Below, piece by piece: positions 58,969 to 64,000 of a stretch of DNA of 64,000 nucleotides. The notes beneath the pieces are model-generated. The model had not been told where the DNA came from. It saw only the letters and a program-made list of their open reading frames with translations, and did not search any database. Position 1 is the first letter of the stretch, and each line of letters starts with the position of its first letter. A program made the position numbers and the translations under genes. Origin of the DNA: an uncultured Methanosarcinales archaeon (GTDB lineage: Archaea > Nanobdellota > Nanobdellia > Woesearchaeales > JABIAG01); NCBI GenBank assembly GCA_964544335.1, contig CAZJAJ010000001.1, positions 29,199 through 93,198 on the forward strand, in the 5' to 3' direction.

Positions 58969-59603
58969 TGTACTCCTCCTGAGTTCATGATTTCACGAAC
59001 GTTTCTAAATGATGTTTTTGCAAATTTACGAAAATCTTTACCTGCATCTCGCATACTAATGAGCGTGTCAAAGACATGTGTGCTTCCAAGGGGCAGTTTT
59101 TGCCCTGCAATAATTGAGAGTTCTTGCATTTGTTCAAGTGCAAGTGCACGCGCTATAACTGATGCTGCTGCAACTTCAATGTACTTATCTTCTGCTTTGG
59201 TAACCAGTGTTGCACCAGGAACATCAGCACCCGGATATTGATCTACAATAACCTCTTCATCGGTAAATTCAAGTGATTTAATACATTTATGATGGAGTTT
59301 ATTCAAAACAGCCGTAAGACCAAACTTGTCTACTTCTGTGTTGTACTCTTCCGGGTACATGTTCACAAAGTACACTTTTGCAACATCTTTTACTTTCTTT
59401 GCAAGAATTTTGATTTTTTGATCTGAAAGTTTCTTTGAATCACGAATTCCTAGGTCTTCAAGAGCTTTTCTTTCCGTGTCATCTGCTTTTACTGCTGCAA
59501 CAACTATGCCTCCAAAGGTATCTCCTTTAAGAGATTCGTCCGAACCAATACGCGTTGCCATGAAAATAGTGTGTTTTGTAGGTATATAAGCATTTCGAAT
59601 CAT
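58965..59603 (-). CDS. divergent RNase HII paralog
   Basis: RIGSDESLKGDTFGGIVVAAV...LGIRDSKKLSD...VAAASVIARA collinear with the canonical RNase HII at 60015-60668, but the GRGP loop is replaced by LKGD. Confidence 0.6.
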   Translation of the reverse strand: MIRNAYIPTKHTIFMATRIGSDESLKGDTFGGIVVAAVKADDTERKALEDLGIRDSKKLSDQKIKILAKKVKDVAKVYFVNMYPEEYNTEVDKFGLTAVLNKLHHKCIKSLEFTDEEVIVDQYPGADVPGATLVTKAEDKYIEVAAASVIARALALEQMQELSIIAGQKLPLGSTHVFDTLISMRDAGKDFRKFAKTSFRNVREIMNSGGVQ

Positions 59604-59661
59604 CTATTCAAGAAAGAGTAAATAGAAACATTAATTAAGGAGTTTTGAGGATAAAAGAGAT

Positions 59662-60018
59662 ATGATGCTGAGTAATTGGATTAGTTTGTTTAGTAAGACA
59701 CATGACCAAGAGCACGTTTTAGAAGTTTCTAACAATCAAATTAAAGATAGGCTTATTGCAAATGGTGCAATGCAAAAAGGATGGTTTGCAAGTAAAAGGC
59801 TAAGAATGAAATCAACAGATGAAGTAATTAGAGTACTTGATGCTTGTGGTGTAAATATACGAACAGAACACATTATTTTATACGATGGTCACCTTGATAT
59901 TACAAACCACAAAAGCAAAGAGAATGCACTAGATGTAAAGCTAGTACATGATATTCATAATGTGGGACGACTGCACCTTACCGGTGTACAAGATACGCAA
60001 AAACTCTTTAAATTCTAA
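59662..60018 (+). CDS. hypothetical protein
   Basis: ORF between the two RNase HII genes. Confidence 0.3.
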   Translation: MMLSNWISLFSKTHDQEHVLEVSNNQIKDRLIANGAMQKGWFASKRLRMKSTDEVIRVLDACGVNIRTEHIILYDGHLDITNHKSKENALDVKLVHDIHNVGRLHLTGVQDTQKLFKF

Positions 60019-60668
60019 AACGAGTCTAAACTGGTCTGACTCTTCTTTTCTTTCACATTCTTAAACGTAGCCCAAGATTTTCTAATAATATGAGAAACAT
60101 TTGGGTTATCCCAGTGCTCATCTATAAATTTACGGGTGTTGGGGTCTGATGCATACCCTGAACCAAATGCAAGTTTGTGGATTTTGGCAAGTTCTTGCAT
60201 TTTTCTGTCACGAATCACTTTTGCAATAATAGATGCTGCTGCAACAACAGCGTGTTCTTCTGCTTTGTGCTGCACGATGAGTTCTGCTTCGTGGTTGAGA
60301 CGTTTAAAGAGATATTCCTTGTACCCATCAAGATTTCTATCCGGACAATCAATGATCACCTTGCCTGGTGTAAGTGCTTCAATTATTTCAATGGTTTTAT
60401 TGGCTTCAAGTTTATTGAGATTAAGTGTGGAGGATGCAAGTGCATCATCTATTTCTGCAGGATCAATGATCACTACATGATAGTCTTTTACCACTTTAAT
60501 GATACGATCAAAGAGTGCTTCTCTTACTTTTGGTGTGAGATCTTTGCTGTCTTTTACACCAAGTACTTCAAGTTTTGGAAGAAGGGCATCATCTATTACA
60601 ACGCCGCACATGACCAAACTACCAAGCACAGGGCCTCTTCCTGCTTCATCTATACCTGCAAGTAACAT
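60015..60668 (-). CDS. rnhB: ribonuclease HII
   Basis: LAGIDEAGRGPVLGSLVMCGV...GVKDSKDLTPKVRE...AAASIIAKV. Confidence 0.9.
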   Translation of the reverse strand: MLLAGIDEAGRGPVLGSLVMCGVVIDDALLPKLEVLGVKDSKDLTPKVREALFDRIIKVVKDYHVVIIDPAEIDDALASSTLNLNKLEANKTIEIIEALTPGKVIIDCPDRNLDGYKEYLFKRLNHEAELIVQHKAEEHAVVAAASIIAKVIRDRKMQELAKIHKLAFGSGYASDPNTRKFIDEHWDNPNVSHIIRKSWATFKNVKEKKSQTSLDSF

Positions 60669-60822
60669 GTAAAAAAGAAGCGTGAGGTCCTATATAAGTT
60701 TTTACAGACCCTTCTATAGACCTACAATAAAGCTTCCAATAAGGCCACCAATAAGCCATCCAAAGCCCACAAAGACAAGACTACCTACAATAAAATCAAT
60801 ACTCCACAATTGTCCTTTTCTA

Positions 60823-61395
60823 TTATTCATTGAGTGTGATAGTCCCATTTGTTTTTCGTATGGTGTTTGTTCCTTTTAGAGGCTGCCCCTCTGTTTGAAA
60901 GATTATTTTAGAGGATTCAAAACGGCTTGTGCTTGCTATAATGACTGATTCGTTGATAATACTTACCGTATACTCTTTTCCACTAATTTTTTCAGGAAGA
61001 GTAAAATTTCGAGCATACCCTTCACTTACTTGCGTTGCAAGAAGTACTTCATCAAAGAGTGTATCTACCACAGAGCGAAGACCTTCTTGTTCAATTTGGG
61101 TTGTTCGAGAATTCGTATTCACTATAATCACGGAAGTTATTGCAACCATAAGACCAAGTGCTGCAACAAAGTAAATTAACAACTCAATTGTTGCTTGGGC
61201 TTTATGAGACTTCAACATACGTCCCTTTGTTTTCGATCTGTAACACATACGTTCCCCCTTTTGAAGGCAAAGTACCAGTGATATTAATAGATGTTGGTAT
61301 GATGACTTCCGTGTTGGTATTACATACCATGAGCGATATTTCTCTATTAGCAAGAGTTCCTGCATCCATTGATGATGGAAGACGAATGCGCACAT
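60823..61395 (-). CDS. archaeal pilin-like protein (class III signal)
   Basis: Internal start ...KAQATIELLIYFVAALGLMVAIT. Confidence 0.5.
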   Translation of the reverse strand: MCAFVFHHQWMQELLLIEKYRSWYVIPTRKSSYQHLLISLVLCLQKGERMCYRSKTKGRMLKSHKAQATIELLIYFVAALGLMVAITSVIIVNTNSRTTQIEQEGLRSVVDTLFDEVLLATQVSEGYARNFTLPEKISGKEYTVSIINESVIIASTSRFESSKIIFQTEGQPLKGTNTIRKTNGTITLNE

Positions 61396-61597
61396 CAGCT
61401 TTTGATGGGTACCCTAAATAGAAAACGGTTTCTGCGGTGTCTGCAATACGCTGACCTGCAATATATGCATGCTCTTGATCAACACGACAAATAAAATCCG
61501 TGCTTTGTTGAGTATAAATAAGAAATAAAGGAATAAGGACGGCGATCGCAACCCCGATGACAAGCATGTACTCGAGTGCTATCTGTCCCTTATTCAT
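61202..61597 (-). CDS. archaeal pilin-like protein (class III signal)
   Basis: MNKGQIALEYMLVIGVAIAVLIPLFLI. Confidence 0.55.
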   Translation of the reverse strand: MNKGQIALEYMLVIGVAIAVLIPLFLIYTQQSTDFICRVDQEHAYIAGQRIADTAETVFYLGYPSKADVRIRLPSSMDAGTLANREISLMVCNTNTEVIIPTSINITGTLPSKGGTYVLQIENKGTYVEVS

Positions 61598-61601
61598 AAA
61601 A

Positions 61602-62042
61602 TTATTGAACTGTTTTTACAATTCGTCCTTTTGCTGTGTGTGCAAGACCTGAGTCGCTGTTCACATATGAAATGTTCACATCTTCTTGGAATCTTGATCC
61701 AGCTGTTAATGCAGGACTACATGTCACGACAAAAGTATCTTGTTCGCCGTTAACAATTGTTGTGTTTGATACGTTTGTACCACAATCGTTAATTGCAACA
61801 GTTACGTTTTCCATGTCAAACCCTAGTCCATTTAACATAACTATTGTTACTCCTGAAGCAGCTGTTGCTTGTGCGTCTACACAGTTGATACCACTTTGCA
61901 TTGTACATGTCTCAGGTAGGAATCTTTCTGGAGAAAGAACACCAAAGAATGCCAGTGCTGCGATAGAGGCAAGTACTACTAATATTGCCCAACCGTATGT
62001 CATCAAGAACTCAAGTGCTGCTTGACCTCTATTATTTACCAT
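61602..62042 (-). CDS. archaeal pilin-like protein (class III signal)
   Basis: MVNNRGQAALEFLMTYGWAILVVLASIAALAFF. Confidence 0.6.
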   Translation of the reverse strand: MVNNRGQAALEFLMTYGWAILVVLASIAALAFFGVLSPERFLPETCTMQSGINCVDAQATAASGVTIVMLNGLGFDMENVTVAINDCGTNVSNTTIVNGEQDTFVVTCSPALTAGSRFQEDVNISYVNSDSGLAHTAKGRIVKTVQ

Positions 62043-62206
62043 ACATTACACCTCCGTAGCATGATTAGTTAAAAATTGTAATTCTCATATTTAAATGTTG
62101 GCATTTAATATCGAGTATAATAGAGGATATAGGTTGATAAGAAACATATTTTTTCATAAAAGACCAATAAAAAAGATTTTTATATCACCATTTTAATAAA
62201 ACATGC

Positions 62207-62548
62207 ATGGTTGCACTACCACCTTCAAAACAACGCGGAGCTAAAGGAACAGAACATCTTACCATTTACAAAGCACCCGAAGATGATGATGCAAAAGAGC
62301 ATGGGATGCGCGTTGTTGTTCTACAGAGAAAACATGTGCTTACGAGCTATCATGAAAAAGGATACATGCTGCAAAAAGATCACAAAAAATTATTTCAACA
62401 TGCAGATAAAGTAAAAGCAGAAGTAGGTCCTACAGGAAATAAAAAACGTTCATGGCGAGAATGCACCATTCACTACAAAAGCCACAAGTATTCTGTATTT
62501 GTTGAAGAACGACATCTGCCACGACTATTTACATTTATTAAAGAATAG
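62207..62548 (+). CDS. hypothetical basic protein
   Basis: ORF. Confidence 0.3.
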   Translation: MVALPPSKQRGAKGTEHLTIYKAPEDDDAKEHGMRVVVLQRKHVLTSYHEKGYMLQKDHKKLFQHADKVKAEVGPTGNKKRSWRECTIHYKSHKYSVFVEERHLPRLFTFIKE

Positions 62549-62552
62549 AATA

Positions 62553-63452
62553 TTACTCAGTAGTTAGAATCTCGCACCCATCTTTGGTTACAATAACCGT
62601 ATGTTCTGCTTGACTCACAAGCCCTTTACCTGAATCAATCAGTGGCGGGTGTGCATGTAGACAATCTAAACGAAGTAAATTCTTTAGCGCCATCTTTACT
62701 TTAAATACAGGCATTTCTTCAGTAAGATAACGTGTGGTAAATGGCATTCCTTCAAACAACCCAATAGTTTCAAGCACCTTACGATCACCAGGTGTTCGCA
62801 TAGGCTTGATATCAATTTGTGAGAAGATCGTTGGTTCTCCTGCTTCAATGACTTTTCCAGAACCAGATGAGGCAAATGGTTCTATGGCAAAGACCATACC
62901 TTCTTCAATCACTACATCGCTTCCGTTGTTATAGTTAGGAATAGTTGGACGCGTGTGAATCGTGTTATAGTCAAGTCCATGACCTGATAAGTTTACTACT
63001 GGCGTAAATCCTTTTGCAACAATGGCATCTTCAATTGCTTTTCCAATTTGCGTTGTGGTAATGCCTGGTTTAATTATGGCAATTGCTGCGGCAAGTGCAT
63101 CACGTGATGCTTGTACAAGATCTGCATGCTCACCACTAAGATCAACTGTAACTGCATTATCACCAATTGCACCATGTACTTGTGCACCACAATCAAGACT
63201 TACCACATCCTTCTCGAGAACAGTGTTATCTCCTGCTTCAGGACAGAAGTGTGCTGCAATACTATTTCGTGCTATTTGTGTTGGAAATGCTGGCTCTGCG
63301 CCAAGCTCTTGGATTTTTGCGTCAACAGCATCACAGATTTCAAGAACACTTGCACCTTCTTTGATAAGTGATTTACCATACGCAAGTGCTTGTGCTGCTA
63401 TTTTTCCTGCTGCTTTCCAATCGTCAATGTGTTTTGTGTAATGATCATTCAT
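62553..63452 (-). CDS. map: methionine aminopeptidase, type 2 (archaeal)
   Basis: ...CDAVDAKIQELGAEPAFPTQIARNSIAAHFCP...DCGAQVHGAIGDNAVTV... metal ligands in MetAP2 order. Confidence 0.85.
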   Translation of the reverse strand: MNDHYTKHIDDWKAAGKIAAQALAYGKSLIKEGASVLEICDAVDAKIQELGAEPAFPTQIARNSIAAHFCPEAGDNTVLEKDVVSLDCGAQVHGAIGDNAVTVDLSGEHADLVQASRDALAAAIAIIKPGITTTQIGKAIEDAIVAKGFTPVVNLSGHGLDYNTIHTRPTIPNYNNGSDVVIEEGMVFAIEPFASSGSGKVIEAGEPTIFSQIDIKPMRTPGDRKVLETIGLFEGMPFTTRYLTEEMPVFKVKMALKNLLRLDCLHAHPPLIDSGKGLVSQAEHTVIVTKDGCEILTTE

Positions 63453-63924
63453 GTGCTACGTATCCTTTGAGAAGGAGTTTTCCCATCGTGCTAAGAGTAA
63501 TGGATATTTTTCCTTCATGTTCATGGGTTTCTACAACACCCAGGTCTTTTAATCCTTCTGATTTTCTATTCCCATTTACGTGGTAAGAAATAAGTGGAAG
63601 ACTCATTTTTGCTTTTTTTGAAAGTTCATCAAGTGAACTGCAGCAGCTCTCATCTTCGAGTGCTTTAAGTAGGTCCATTTTTTTATCTGTAAGCATTTTG
63701 TAATATGAAAATTTGAGGATAGGAAGCACCATTACGTTTGGTCCATCAACTGCAATTGCTTTAACGCCATTCACAAATGAGGCAGATGTTGCCGCGCATT
63801 GTGTTGTGGAATCACCAGATGAGGTGTTTACAATAAATTGGTGCGGGTTTTGGTCTGCCGTTACTTCTGCAATGGTTTCAAAGAGTTTTTCCCAGATATT
63901 ACCTTCGATGGTAACTACAGACAC
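63445..63924 (-). CDS. hypothetical protein with C-terminal wHTH-like region
   Basis: ORF; ...SLPLISYHVNGNRKSEGLKDLGVV... Confidence 0.3.
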   Translation of the reverse strand: MSVVTIEGNIWEKLFETIAEVTADQNPHQFIVNTSSGDSTTQCAATSASFVNGVKAIAVDGPNVMVLPILKFSYYKMLTDKKMDLLKALEDESCCSSLDELSKKAKMSLPLISYHVNGNRKSEGLKDLGVVETHEHEGKISITLSTMGKLLLKGYVAHE

Positions 63925-64000
63925 CTTCGTATTCTTTTCTTCAAGTTGTTGTTTTATTTCCTCTGCTTTTGCTTTACGTGATACTGGCGTAATGAGAATA

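Noticed and set aside
1-64000. CRISPR array or cas genes
   Set aside because: No short regularly spaced direct repeats were found. The only tandem DNA repeats are coding low-complexity regions and the long R1/R2 modules.

Overview
AT-rich (~38-40% GC) archaeal chromosomal segment, probably from a DPANN-like organism. The archaeal assignment rests on ribosomal proteins L44e, L37e and S8e, an Sm protein, PTH2, GatD, MetAP2, class-III-signal pilins and S-layer N/C domains, next to a bacterial-type grpE-dnaK-dnaJ operon. About 95 genes are called. Housekeeping calls include MetRS, RNase HII, UppS, GatD, PGM/PMM, a GH15 glucoamylase-like enzyme, an AsnB fusion protein, PhoH2, SufE, ZPR1 and tRNA-Leu(UAG). 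A Zur-ZIP-His-rich lipoprotein zinc module carries a palindromic operator. There is a HicAB toxin-antitoxin pair. A large acidic S-layer protein sits beside a mini-paralog. A bacterial-type LspA occurs together with at least five strongly lipobox-bearing proteins. An acyl-CoA desaturase is present. The most unusual region is 37.1-41.4 kb. Two gene cassettes on the minus strand are each bounded by the same ~200-bp non-coding modules. R1 is 219 bp and its two copies are 100% identical. R2 is ~203 bp and its two copies are ~96% identical. Each boundary carries a shared 12-bp core, GAAAGATTTATA. Cassette 1 encodes a membrane protein, a 2H phosphoesterase, a NUDIX hydrolase, LemA and a small protein. 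Cassette 2 encodes one 389-aa protein of unknown family. Neither contains a recognisable recombinase. This architecture resembles tandem site-specific insertions or a cassette array. A tRNA-Leu is followed by two degenerate tandem copies of its 3' end. A Lys/Ala-rich basic protein is translationally coupled to a poly-Asp micro-ORF. No CRISPR array or rRNA gene was found.
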